43,883 bases of DNA. Source: Folioceros fuciformis. Its lineage: Eukaryota. Below, one piece after another: positions 12,428 to 24,185 of the stretch. Numbering within the stretch: the stretch's first letter is position 1; the number at the start of each line of letters is the position of its first letter. Below the pieces are notes generated by a model that saw only the letters and a list, made by a program, of their open reading frames with translations, did not search any database and was not told the DNA's origin. The stretch spans positions 116,085 to 159,967 of the forward strand of contig JBNGIO010006264.1 of the NCBI GenBank assembly GCA_049999805.1. Direction: 5' to 3'. Made by a program: the position numbers and the translations under genes.

Positions 12428-12718
12428 CGCTGTGCTGGACTTGCCTGTATTTCTGGCCATTGCTTGGCAGGATTGAAGTGAATATGACGTAAGCAGGCAA
12501 GACAATAAGGGATGCAATGAAATTCCAGTAGGATACTGGAGTATAGCACACTGCGAATTTGGCATTCCTGGGTGAATGAATCCGAGGTCATGGACGGAGT
12601 GGGCTATGTTTACAGCAATGTAACCTACCTACGGTTGTGTGGTGCCTGCACTGGAGTGTTGAGCAAGTGGAGCTCGCCCGTGGAATTGAGGTCAGCAGCA
12701 TTCGCACAGCCTAGCTAG

Positions 12719-13649
12719 CTAGCCCTTGTTTGACTCCACCGTGCGGGTCCCCATTATCTTGCACACCGGCCAGCTCTCGTCCACTCCGTGCAGCTTAAGG
12801 CGGGGATCCACCTTAAGGTCCTTCACAAGGATGGAAGAGCCCACATCCAGAGTGCTCAGATCCACCTCCAAGAACCGGGGTATAGCGTCCCCGGGGCATT
12901 TGTAGCATACTGTCCTCCTCACCGTGTTCAGTTTCCCCCCTGCAGCAAAGCATCGTGTTGTGGTGAGACAAAAGCTCATTCAACAGAGGTGCATTTCAAG
13001 CAAACAACCTACTCTTGAAATTGCTATTAAAGCATATACCTTTCTTCAGCCCGGGGCACACATCCTCTCCCTGGAAGACCAAAGGGACGTGCACCTTGAG
13101 GAAGGCGTGATCAGGGGCCCGGATGAAGGTCACGTTCAAAAGCTTCTCGGTTCCCGCCTGCAAATGCACCTGCGAACAAAAACCACAACACAAATATGTC
13201 TGTCTCGAGCGCAGAATGGCGCACAGTCATTGCCACAAGCATCCACTGAAGGGGGGAAGAGGCAACCATACCCCTTTCGGCAGCACGCGCTCCCGCACCT
13301 CCGGCTCCTTGGCGTCCGGATGCGGATAGATTTCCAGCATAAATGTCCTCGACAGGAAGAAGCTCGTCCCGTACTTTTGCAGCAGCCTCTGGACGTGCAT
13401 GAGATTGGCGGATATCAATCTCTTGTTACCGCCGGTCTCCCCGCTTTCCTGCTCGAACACAATGCTCGGAACCCTGCCCTGTTTGCGCTCCTTCTTACAG
13501 AAATTCTTGCCAGAGTCGGACCGAGGCACAGCCCAAACGACATCAGCTGGATCCACAGCTGCAACTCCTGCTCGAGCTGCCTCCCCCGCCTGAATTGCCA
13601 GCCCTCGCTGGAGCAAGCGGGGGAGAAGCCGCCATTGCGCTGCTTGCAT
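12719..13649 (-). CDS. Organellar ribosomal protein bL25/TL5 family, 3 exons
   Basis: Exons 13649-13272, 13169-13040, 12939-12719, GT-AG and in phase. Motifs AVPRSDSGK..CKKERKQGRVPSIVF, VHL..GT..LLNVTF, VHVPLVFQGEDVCPGLKKGG.LN, IP.FLEVDLS.LDVG. Arg-rich, transit-like N-terminus. Confidence 0.9.
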
Positions 13650-13680
13650 CGCAGATCGGGAACAGGTGCATGTGACAGAA

Positions 13681-13689
13681 TTAGGGTTT
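13681..13689 (-). promoter_or_regulatory. Telo-box (AAACCCTAA) upstream of the bL25 ATG
   Basis: ttagggttt on the plus strand, ~30 bp before the start codon. Telo-boxes are typical of plant translation-machinery genes. Confidence 0.6.
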
Positions 13690-13938
13690 ACGGTGATGCT
13701 TCACAAGCGTTAGAACGAAAGAGAGGGAACACCATCTCCCCCTAGTGTTGTTGTGTTGCTGCGCTCGCACTCCTTAGCGTTTCAAGTCACGGAGGAAGGA
13801 ACGAAGGAGAAAGCATTTTGTCGCAAGTTTAAGAGGCAAGATGACAGCTCGCCAGAGCAAGATGCGCGATGTTGCTGCAATGCCAATACAACCGAATGTG
13901 TACACAGAGAGGAAGTTGTGTGAAGCATGCAGGATGCT

Positions 13939-15768
13939 CTAAGCCGCGGAGACGCGCTTTAGGAACAGGTCTGCTCGGATGGACATATAACCGTCCGAGT
14001 TCACGTGGGGGCACCCTGTGAAGGGAAGCCATTGCTCTTCGTAGCCCCAGGCAGTGGTCTCGGCTTCAGAGAAGAGAACTTTGCTGGAAGGGTGGAGCAC
14101 AACGTACTCACCCGACGGCCATCTCTTGACATAGAACTTGTAGTCCACCTCCACGGTTCCTTTCAAGCCATACGGCGAGTGATCCATGTACAGGTAAAGT
14201 CCACATGTATCCCCTGTCTTGGTCTTGCGGAACTGTAGCCTGAACCACTTTCCGCCAACGCAGAATCTCTGGCTTTCGCACAGGATGCCTTGCACGACGT
14301 AGAGCTTGGTGGGCATCTCCAAGCCATGGCTGTGCACGTCCCAGTAGAAGGAGGTGACAGAATCCGTCCCCGGCCTCTTCGTAAACCTCCTGTGCCCCTT
14401 GGTCGTCAGGACGACGTGCTGCATCCGGTCCGGGGAGTGGGCCTTGAACTTGAGGGCTTCCAGGATGAAGTTACGGCCAGCATCCCCGGACATCTCCGGA
14501 ATCCCTGCCACCACATCCAGGAGATAGTCCCCGGACATAAAGGCAAACCTAATATGCTCGCCCAGTGCTGCCACTACCTTCTCCCGCTGCAAAGGGCAGT
14601 CGTGGTTGGACCTGACCCAAGTCAAGGTGGCATCGAACACCGCATCCTCCGAGACCGTAGTCAGCCCATCTCCTTGCAAGAGCATCTCGATCACGTGCAG
14701 CGGCAGAGTGAGGAACTCTTCCTGACATTTGGCAACCTCCAGGTCCTTGAACTCCTCTGTGATGAAGTTCCGAGCTCCTACAATGAGCGGCTTCAGCTCC
14801 AGCTTCTGCTGGAGACTCTCCGGCAGCCCCAGATACAGCAAGCTCGTCTCCAGAGTGTAAGGGAAGTGCTTCAAAGCCTCGACGCTGATCCTGATGCACG
14901 AAGACACCAGGAACTTGTCTGCAGCCTTGAGCAGGCTAACAATCTCTCTCGGCTGGGTTGAGATGGGCTTCGGCTGCCCGCTGTATATCAGTCTCAGCAA
15001 CTCCAGCACCGACGCCTCCTCTGCCACAAGCACACACAGTCAGATAAAGCTCCGCAATGGGCGCGAAGCTCCAGCACCAAATCATAGAAACAATCCCAGC
15101 CTCACCTTCTTCAGTGATCTTGAGAGTTGTGGGGCATTTGGACAGCGACTCCCTCATGCCCCCCTTCTGCCACATGGAACGGAAGAAGGGAGATTTCTCA
15201 GCAAGAACCAGCGAGGCGACATTCAGGGATATGGTCCTGGACTTGGACGACGAGGAGGCACCCTGCACTGCACTGATCTCCAACTCACCTGTCGACATCC
15301 CACAACCCTCCATCAACCTCCCGGAAAGCTCCACGCCACCAACAACCCCACCACCACGCAAGAACACAACACCACCTTACCTTCCTCACCTCCCGCCATC
15401 CCGTCACAGAAACCGGCCTTCCTCCGAACAACCCCACCACCGTCCCAATCCTCATCCCTACCATCATCCCCGTCCCCCCCACCACCACCATCACAACCAC
15501 TCAATTCCCCCGCACTCTCATCTCCCGCCTCCTCCGAAATCTGCAGCACCAGCACGCGATCCGACAAGCAAGGATCGTTCCAGGCGAACTCGAAATTGAA
15601 GCGCCCAGGTTTCTCCAGCGCCTCCAGCGCCGACTGCGAGGGGGTGAGCTCCCCGTATCCTAGAAACGCTCCGTCCCGGGCTCCGTCTTCCTGGAAGCTC
15701 CGGGAGCTGGAGGCCTGGAAAAGGGGCCTGAGGTCCGAGAGGCCCTTGGTGGTGAACCCCATGGCCAT
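13939..15768 (-). CDS. BTB/POZ-BACK protein with a C-terminal MATH-like beta region, POB1/LRB-like (probable CUL3 adaptor), 3 exons
   Basis: Exons 15768-15381, 15288-15106, 15020-13939, phase-consistent. FNFEFAWND...SDRVLVLQI, LNVASLVLAEKSPFF, LLKAADKF.V.SC, SEDAVFD...WVR, SQRFCVGG.WF.L, WGY. Start codon uncertain. Confidence 0.85.
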
Positions 15769-16493
15769 GTCCACCGCACAGCACGGCAGCTGAGTCTGCC
15801 CGGTCTTGGCTGGGTTTTTTTCTCAAAAGAAGCCCCTCCGCACGAGATCCAGCCTCCTCACAACCCGGGCCCCAACCTGTCCACGTCCCCGTGCCGGTGC
15901 CAAATACCCCTCATCCATCCCGCTCCCTGAGTCTCCAGCTCCCCCGCCCTTCAAAACTGCGCCTGCATTTCAGAGCATGCCCTGCCCTGCCCTCCCTGGT
16001 CTCGTCACCCGTGCTGGCCCCAAGAAGAGGACCGCATGCAGCGAGCCATTCTAACGTGCCACCATCCCCGCGTGCGAGCCCGAGAGCGAGCGCGAGCTCT
16101 CTGGAAGCCAGCCAGCCTGGCCGACGGGGAAGCAGCCTCAGGAATCCGAGGCCTACCGTTGGCGAGGACACACATTTCGGGGTCCTTGCCCTTTCACCAC
16201 AATCCCTCCTCTCCTCTCCCCTCCCACTACACTTGCGCTACAGTTGCTAGCTTAGAAACGTAAAAGAAGCTCCACCGTCAAACAGGCATAACAAGACACA
16301 AACTTGACACGCAAAAACTTACTCGTGGCACTTGAGACGACGTCTTGGGGGTTGACCGTTGTCCAAAACGAGAAAAACAATCACCCATTCAAAGATCGAG
16401 CATTTGTATTTTTTACTTCAAAGAAGCTTTCTCCTTCCAAGTAGAGATAGTGTCCGCGTTTCAGCACTGTACATAACGAAATACATCCGCAGA

Positions 16494-16523
16494 CCAGACC
16501 CAGACCCAGACCCAGACCCAGAC
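16494..16523 (+). repeat. (CCAGAC)n hexamer microsatellite, ~5 copies
   Basis: ccagacccagacccagacccagacccagac. Confidence 0.9.
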
Positions 16524-17198
16524 GTGGTTCAGCGCTGTGTGCTCGAAGAGGCCATCCCAATCCCAAGCACACGTTGGTCAGAATTGTGCGCGGACGAGGC
16601 CACGCAACATTGGCGCATGCCAGACTTCGCTGAACGTTGTGTGCTGTAGCGAACGGACCATGCATGCAAGCCAGACATTGAACAGCACTGGGTGCTGAAT
16701 TAAACATAACAGCCCGTGCAGCGCTCGCTGGCCAAGACTCCTCAACGGCAATGAGATGTGTGATCTGATGAGATCATCTCAGCTTGACAGTCCGTCAGAG
16801 CGCGGGGAGCTTTGCGTCTGTGTGCCGTCTGTGCGCACCGTGAGCAGGTGGTGCAGCGACCTGCGGAACTGGAGTCTCAGGTAGAGTTCTTGAAGAGGCG
16901 ATCATCGGAGGAGCTGGGAGATTGAGTCGTGGAGAACGAGAGCGAGAATCACAAAACAAAGTATCACCCCATTCAAACATCGGAATATGTACGTGCTGAG
17001 ATGAGGCATGCCAAGTACCAGGGCTGCCTCGAGCGTGACTCGTTACTCCCCCCGGACAACTGCTGCCTCGAGCATTACTCCCCGCAACAAACCGGAGCAA
17101 CGCACAGCTGTGGGCTTCATTGCAATGACTGGGATACCAGCACAGTCCTGGATGTGGGCAATGCACGCGCATTCACAGCAACCCGGGCAGCAAGAGCG

Positions 17199-19590
17199 AT
17201 GGACGCCTCAAGCTCAAGCGGCGAAGATGAGGAGGAGGTGACGGAATGCGAGGCTGCAGCCAGGGCGGGCCTCAAGTCCGGGTTACGCGTGGTTTGCACT
17301 GGCGACAGCACCTATCGCTGTCCTTTCTGTCCCACCACTGGGCAGGCGCTCAGGTACAAGGAGCTCTGCGACCACGCCAAGGCCGTGGCGACCGGAAGGG
17401 CCACCAGGAACATCGACGCGGGAGGCCACCAACGCGCGCTCTTGAAATTCATGCACAAGAAGCTGGATCCCGGTTGGTGAAACTCCTGGCTGCGCCCAAG
17501 CGGGTGCGGATGGAGCCGAACCAGGTGGTGTATCCCTGTGTGGGGCTCATCTTCAATCTCAGGCCCGTTAGGCCTGTTGGGCGGAGACTGGAGGCCGACG
17601 CCGGGGAGCTCATGCAGCAGTTCTCGCATTTCCACCCGGAGCGGGTGGCCACCTTCCCTGCTTACAACGGGCCCAACGGGGTGGCCGCGCTCATCTTCGG
17701 GCGGGGCGTGGATGCGTTCAGGGATTGCCAATCGTTTGCGGAGAGCTTCGAGGCCGTGCAGCGGGGGCGGAGTGACTGGAATCGGCGCAAGGCGTGCGGG
17801 CAGGAAGGGACGGAGCTTTATGGCTGGGTGGCTGTGGAAGAGGACTATTGCGACCAGGGAAGGCGGGCCTGTTTCTGAGGACCGAGCATTGTCTTAAGAC
17901 TATGGGTGTGCTGGTGGAGGAGACGAGTGATACCACGCAGCTGCAGGGGATACTGGACCGGGAGAGGGAGATGCTGTCCAAGGCGGACGCGGAGAATTCC
18001 AGACTCTCCAGTCGCCTCCAGGTGGCTCTGCAGGCTAATGCGGAGGCTCAGGTGGAGATGCGGTCTCTGAAAGAGAAGAATGAAGGTGGGTTTGGCTTGC
18101 GAGAGTGCCATCTTTCCGGGGATAGCCGATGGTCAGTAACCCTGCGGGTTTTGTTTTCGCGGCAGAGCGGGCAGCCTTGGCAGCTGAGCTGGAAGGAGTG
18201 CAAGAGGTGCACCGTCAGCAGGTGATACAGAAAGCTGCGGAACGGAAGGAGTTGGAGGAGAAAATTCAAGGCCCTCGAACAAGAGAAGAACGGCGCATCG
18301 CAAATGATTGACTCTTTGACTGAGGACCATCGTCAGGTAGCAGACCAGCTGTCTGATGCGAAAAACGTTGCGGAAAAGGCGAAGACGGAGGCTCAGTTGC
18401 AGATGCGATTGCATCGGAAAGGTGGGTTTGCATCAGTGACTAACGTTTATCATTTCCGGTGCCTCGGGTTGCGTTTGGGGGTGCGCCAGTGACGTTGTGC
18501 ATTGCTTTTTGCGGCAGAGCGGGAAGCCTTGAGAGCTGAGTTGAAGGAGAAACTGAGAGACCTAGGAGAAGATAAGGACTGCGCATTCAAAATGGTTAAC
18601 GACTTGACCGTGGGCCATCGTCGGGCGGGAGAAGAACTGTCTGGTGAAGGTGCTACAACCATTATTCAATGGATGTCTGTTTGGTTTTTTCCTCTTGCAT
18701 GTCTGTGGTGTGAGCGTCTTCTGACTTAAAGTTTGCTGTATAGGTGTTTCACGCCGTTAACCACGCCGCTCACCAGGACATCAAGACAGGTATTGGGGTC
18801 AAGAGGTATGGTGAGATCGATGAGAGCTGCTGGAAAGATGTAGGTTGGGCCCATTTCAACCACCACCCTCAATGGCAAGCTCAACTTGTAAAAGTAAAAT
18901 CAGAATGGGATGACAAGATAAGGCAGTACGATTGGATGCCCTTCAAGAAGGAGTATCTCAACGAGAAGAGAACGGAGGTAAAGATCTCATTTGTTTGAAT
19001 GCATTCCATGATAAGGGGAACACTCCATAAAGAGCTTGAGTGGATATCCTTGTGTGACTCTGCAGTGGAGAGAGGACGTAGACCCGGACGATCCCCACTT
19101 GAAGAAGCTAAGGGCTCGATTCGGTGACAACCCGTACAATGGGGTGCACCTGTCAATGGGGGTACACCTGAATGGCAAACTCAGCTTGCAAAAGTAATTA
19201 CAGAATGGGATGACAACATAAGGCAGCCCGATTGGATGCCCTTCAAGACTATCGATCTCAACGAGAAGGGAACGGATGTGAGGATCTCATTTCTTTCATT
19301 CCATTCCCTGGTAAAGGGAACACTACATCCTGCTGTGACTCTGCAGTGGAGGGAGGAGATTGACCCGGGCGATCCCCACTTGAAGAAGCTGAGGGTTCGA
19401 TTCGGCGACAACCCGTACAATGGGGTTACCGCCCGTACAATGGGGTTACCGCTGCATTGAAGGAAATCCGGGCTCACAATGTTAGCGGTCGGTACCCGGT
19501 GCCAGTTCCTTGCAATTATGCAGAGCCAACGGGCCGGGCAGCGACTCTGAAAGAGGTCATTAAGTACCTGGGAGATGTTATAGGAAAAAT
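17199..19590 (+). pseudogene. IDN2/FDM-like zf-XS / XS / coiled-coil / XH gene, disrupted; the final ~29 codons lie beyond the copia insertion (24186-24275)
   Basis: zf-XS: YRCPFC...YKELCDHA..V...HQRALLKFM. XS: VVYPCVGLIFN...IFGRG...F...RGRSDW...LYGWVAVEEDY. XH: IGVKRYGEID, SEWDDKI...DWMPFK, DPDDPHLKKLR..FG, LKEI..HN.SGRYPVP...RAATLKEVIKYL. Frameshifts near 17475, 17860 and 18262, plus a 20-bp duplication at 19412-19451. Confidence 0.85.
18871..19431 (+). repeat. ~300-bp tandem duplication of part of the XH-coding region, including its intron
   Basis: aatggcaagctcaacttgtaaaagtaaaatcagaatgggatgac... at 18871 recurs, diverged, at 19171 and runs through ...aacccgtacaatgggg. Confidence 0.9.
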
Positions 19591-22500
19591 TGTTACAAAC
19601 CTATGGGGTTTGTGCAATATATCTATATTAGAGTTTGTGCAATATATATACAATAGAGTTTAAAGATTAAAGATTATACCCCAAGGTATATAGAATAGAA
19701 TCACGATCCATGATCAAGGTAATATTTATCCTTTATCGAATTATGTTTACCCTTTATCGAATTATAGTCATGCTTGAAGGTTATATTAGATGTACTAAGA
19801 TGAGGCTTATCTTGGGGCTTACAAAGAGGCTTATGAGGCTTATCTTGGAAGCCCCAAGAGCATAAGCCTTATCTTGGAAGCCCCAAGAGGCTTATAAGGC
19901 TTATCTTGCTTATCTTTTCAACATGATGAGGCTTATCTTGGGATTCACCGTTTTTCTAACATGATGAGGCTTATCTTGGGATTCACCGTTTTTCTAATAT
20001 GGTATCAGAGCTCATGTTCTAAACCTCAAGTCCTCCCTTGGCTCATAAGACGCGTACTTACTTGTGTTAGACTATCTCTGCTTCCTTTGCATTGTGTACT
20101 GGGCTATGCAAACTATGTGTCTCTAAGAGCTTGTGCAAGTTAGAGGAGATTGGTGATAGTTATCAGTGCAAGGACGTGATCTATTTGGCACGAAGGATGG
20201 GAGCATGGAGACACATTTTCTTGAAACTCGTGCTGTGGAGAAGTTTGGAGGCAAGAACTTCATATTGTGGAAGTTGAAGACAAAGATGCTTCTCATTGAG
20301 AAAGGAGGATTCGTCTATATATAAGGGCCTTGATGTTATACCCACAGAAATAGACCTTAACAAGGATGGACAAGCGTTGGCAACAATCATGTTGAATGTC
20401 TCAGACGACATTCTCTCTCAATTGAGCGAATGTGCAACGTCGAGAGAAGCTTGGATCACCCTTTGCAACACATACGGAAAGAAAGAGAAGTATGGTGAGT
20501 GCGATCCTATTGGAGCAACAACTTGCGAACTTCAAGATGGCTGAAGGCGACACCATTCAACGACATGCCAACAAGTTGACGACCTTGGTGAACCAAATGA
20601 AGGAGATGGACATCAAACTAACCGAGGAAAGGATCCTCGTACAGATGTTGAGTAGCTTACCATCAACTTACAAGCCCTTCGTGTCGGCTTTTAAGACATC
20701 GGTGGCAATGTGTCCAAGCGACAACCCACCGTCATTGGATGAGGTGGTTGGGTTGCTTTTGCAGGAGGAGTTGGAGATTTCACCCAAGCAAGCGAAGACT
20801 GATGACGTAGTTCTCTTCTCCAAGAAAGGCAAAGCAAAAGCGCAGTCCAAGCCTAAGGACGAGTACAAGTCCAAGTCAACGGACGAGATGAAGAAGGACG
20901 GTACTAGCCGCATGATGAAAGGATCCTACTGTAGGAATCCAAGTCATCATGCAAAAGAATGCAGAACCAGATCAGCAGACGAGTTGAAAAAGGACAAATC
21001 GTCTCAAGCCAATCAAGTGAATGAGCCAACTCAACAGGAACAAACTTTAGTGTGCTCCACGAACAGGAATCAAGCTGCTTCATTGCAGAAGGCTGAGAGT
21101 CTTTTTCTTGACTTTGGTGCATTTCAACATTTCAGCTACCACCTTCCTTGGTTCACCGGCTACACACAACTCCCAAAAGGGCCATACGATAGCACTCGGT
21201 GACAATACGTCACATGATATCGAGAGGAAAGGAGTCTTACGAGTTTAGTTGCAGGGTGGAACCTCTGCACGTATTGGCAGAAGTGCATCATGTACCCAAT
21301 CTCGTGAGGAATCTTCTTTCTATCGCGCAAATTGCGGATGCAGGTCATGAAGTCGTGTTCAACTGTGCAAGCTGTCACATCCAAGCTATACAGCCTAATC
21401 TGGCACACGTGGCTGCTCGGGGTGTTTGTGTGGGCAATCTGTACAAACTTTGTGCTTTCCTGGGATAGCAAGCTTGTTCGTTCCTAACTAGTTTACACGA
21501 CAACATTGGGTCTGTCGACTTCTGGCATCAGCGTTTGGGCCACATCGGAGCAGACAAACTCAAGTTGATGAAGACTTGCGACATGGTGACCGGCTTGGAA
21601 TTGAAGGAGATCACTACGACACGGGTATGTCCAGAATGTCAGATGGGGAAGCTACATCGCATGAAGTTCCCTAAAACCGTGGCACATTGTGCACAGAAGG
21701 CGTTGGAATTAGTCCACACTGATGTGAGTGGGCCCATGAGGAACCCTACCCAAGGTGGGGACTGCTACATGCTCATCTTTGTCGACGATTTTACATGGAA
21801 GACATGGACTTACCTTTTGAAGGAGGAATCTACGGTGTTCTAGACTTTCAAGGATTGGAAGACTTCAGTTGAGATCGAACATGGTGAACGCCTTAAGATG
21901 ATTAGGAGCGATAATGGAGGGGAATATGGTTCTTCTCATTTCCAGGTTTTTGTAAGAAGAACGACATTCAATGGCAACTCACGATTCCGCACACTCCGCA
22001 GCAAAATGGAGTTGCAGAGCGAAAGATATAGAGCCTTGTGGAAGCAGCCAAGTGCATGTTGTTTCACAGTGGCTTGCAGGTCAATTTTTGGGGAGAGGCT
22101 GTCGTGACAGCAACCTACGTGTTGAATAGAGTTCCGACGAAGGCCGTACTTGGTATGATGGTATAGGAAGCATGGTCCGGTATCAAACCCGATGTTTGAT
22201 ATTTTAGGGTTTTTGGTTCTGTGTTCTATGCTCGGGTTTCGAAGGCGAGCCGGACCAAATGGGATCCTAATGGTATGAAGTGTATCATGCTTGGCTATTC
22301 CGATGTAGTGAAAGGTTATCGGTTATACGATCTTACTACGAAGAAGGTCATTTTTAACAAGGATGCTATTTTTCAAGAGGTTGCCGAGGCTACAACTGAA
22401 GTGTGAGCTTCATCTCCTCCCTTGCTGGCTCCCTCTAGGTCTGCCGAAGACTCCAATGTGATTTCCGCTCCAATGCATGTCGACTATTCTCAACCTTGCG

Positions 22501-24185
22501 ACATAGGGGGGGAGGGAGAGACACTCCTGATGTCACTATGATTGAAGATGTAGTTGGAGTCTTACCCCCAGCCGCAAGTGTAGAATGCGATATCGAGGCG
22601 GGAGAGAGAGAAACTTCTAATGTTATTGAAGAAGTAGAAGAAGACTATCAAGTTACAGAACCGCAACCGGCGTTACGTAGATCTACCAAGTTGCGAAAGC
22701 CGTCACAGATGCTCATAGAATCTCTTAAAAATGTGTTAGTGAGGAGATGTGTTTTACAGAGTTGGAGAACCCCGCAACTTGACAGAGGCATTTGCAGGCC
22801 CAATGGCAAAAGAATGGAAAGAAGCTGTGGATAGTGAGTATAATTGCCTCATGGCCAACAAAACATGGATTATTGCTCCTCTACCTCCTGGAAGGGATTG
22901 CATAGGATTGAAGTAGACTTTCAAGATCACAGCAGCAGGGTTTGCCGACGACGGCATAGAGCGCTACAAGGCAAGGCTAGTGGGGAAAGGGTATTCGCAA
23001 ATTCCATGTGTGGACTACACATATACCTTCTCTCCTGTTGCGAAGATAGCCTCTATCCAAGCACTCCTTGTTATCGCCGCTGCTTTGGATATGCAGATAC
23101 ATCATATGGATGTCCAAATTACTTTTCTAAATGGAGATCTTAATGAAGAGATCTACATGGAGCAACCCGAAGGCTACGTAGTACCTAGATGTGAGGGCGA
23201 GGTTTGTAAGCTGCAAAAGGCTATTTACGGTCTTAAGCAATCTGCTCTTACTTGGTATTGTAAACTTGTTGATCATTTCCAGTCCAGAGGTTTCAAGAAG
23301 ACCAATGCTTATTAGAATATTTACGTGAAGCGAGTGAGAGCTTCTGTCGTCATCATTGCAGTATGTGTGGATGATCAGGAGCTTTTGACCTTAACAAAGC
23401 AAGGCCTTAGTGAAAGCTATTGGAGTAGAAACTCTGGCACCACGGATTGGGATTTAGCACCCAAGAGTTATTAGGGCACGTTTCGTGCATAGGTAGATAA
23501 ATGTTTTAGTTGCTAAAGAGCAGTTCTATTGGTTACGCTAGCACTCGACAGTAGTGCGGTTACAATCGCATCTCAGACACTATATGTACAGCATTCTCGC
23601 TTAAGCAAATCAATCATCATAGCAATCTCTCTAAGTCAGTAGACATATGTATGGACTATACTAGAGTGTTTGGGGACTATACTAGAGTGTTTGGGGATGC
23701 AAGATTGCAAACCAATGCAGACGCCAATGATCTGCAATGAGAAGTTATCACAAGAGGCATATTCCAATGTGAAGGAACAGGCTACCAGTGTGCTATTGGC
23801 TGCCTTACTAACTTGGCGACAAGCACCATGCCAGGCATCACAGAGGCAGTGGGAGTTGTGAGCCAATTTCTGGTCAACCCCCAACCTCAGCATTATCAAG
23901 CCGTCAAGAGAATACTCAGATACTTGCAGGGCACAAAACATTGGACATTGACCTATGGGAAGAAGGAGGACGAAGAAGCCCGTATTGTGAGATTTTACGA
24001 CGCAAATTAGGCCGAAAATGTCGACACTCACAGCTCTACGACAGGGTATGCCTTCCTACTATTTAGGGGAGCCACTTCATCGAATAATCGGTCCCAGCCT
24101 ATAGTGGCACTATCTTCTACATAGGCGAGTATATTGCTCAGGCAAGTGCTTGAGGTTTATCTTAGGATTCACCATTTTTCTAACG
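19591..24185 (+). mobile_element. Degenerate Ty1/copia LTR retrotransposon: 5' LTR ~19591-19998, 3' LTR reduced to its last ~35 bp
   Basis: Starts TGTT. PBS TGGTATCAGAGC at 20000. Domain order gag, Zn knuckle (YCRNPSHHAKEC), protease-like (FLDFGA), WHQRLGH, integrase (VHTDVSGP, FVDDF, IRSDNGGEY), RT (RYKARLVGKGYSQ, HMDV..FLNGDL), start of RNase H. Many stops and frameshifts. The LTR-end motif recurs at 24151-24185. Near-TSD AAAAT (19586-90) / AAAAC (24186-90). Confidence 0.93.
20000..20011 (+). promoter_or_regulatory. Primer binding site (tRNA-iMet) of the copia element
   Basis: TGGTATCAGAGC immediately after the 5' LTR end. Confidence 0.9.

Noticed and set aside
12924..15793. Long plus-strand ORFs (273, 223 and 299 aa)
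   Set aside because: Antisense shadows of the GC-rich bL25 and BTB coding exons, with no recognisable motifs.
16929..17198. Longer N-terminus for the IDN2-like gene
   Set aside because: Starts at a non-ATG codon and contains small local duplications; similarity to IDN2 begins at the acidic MDASSSSGEDEEE (17199).
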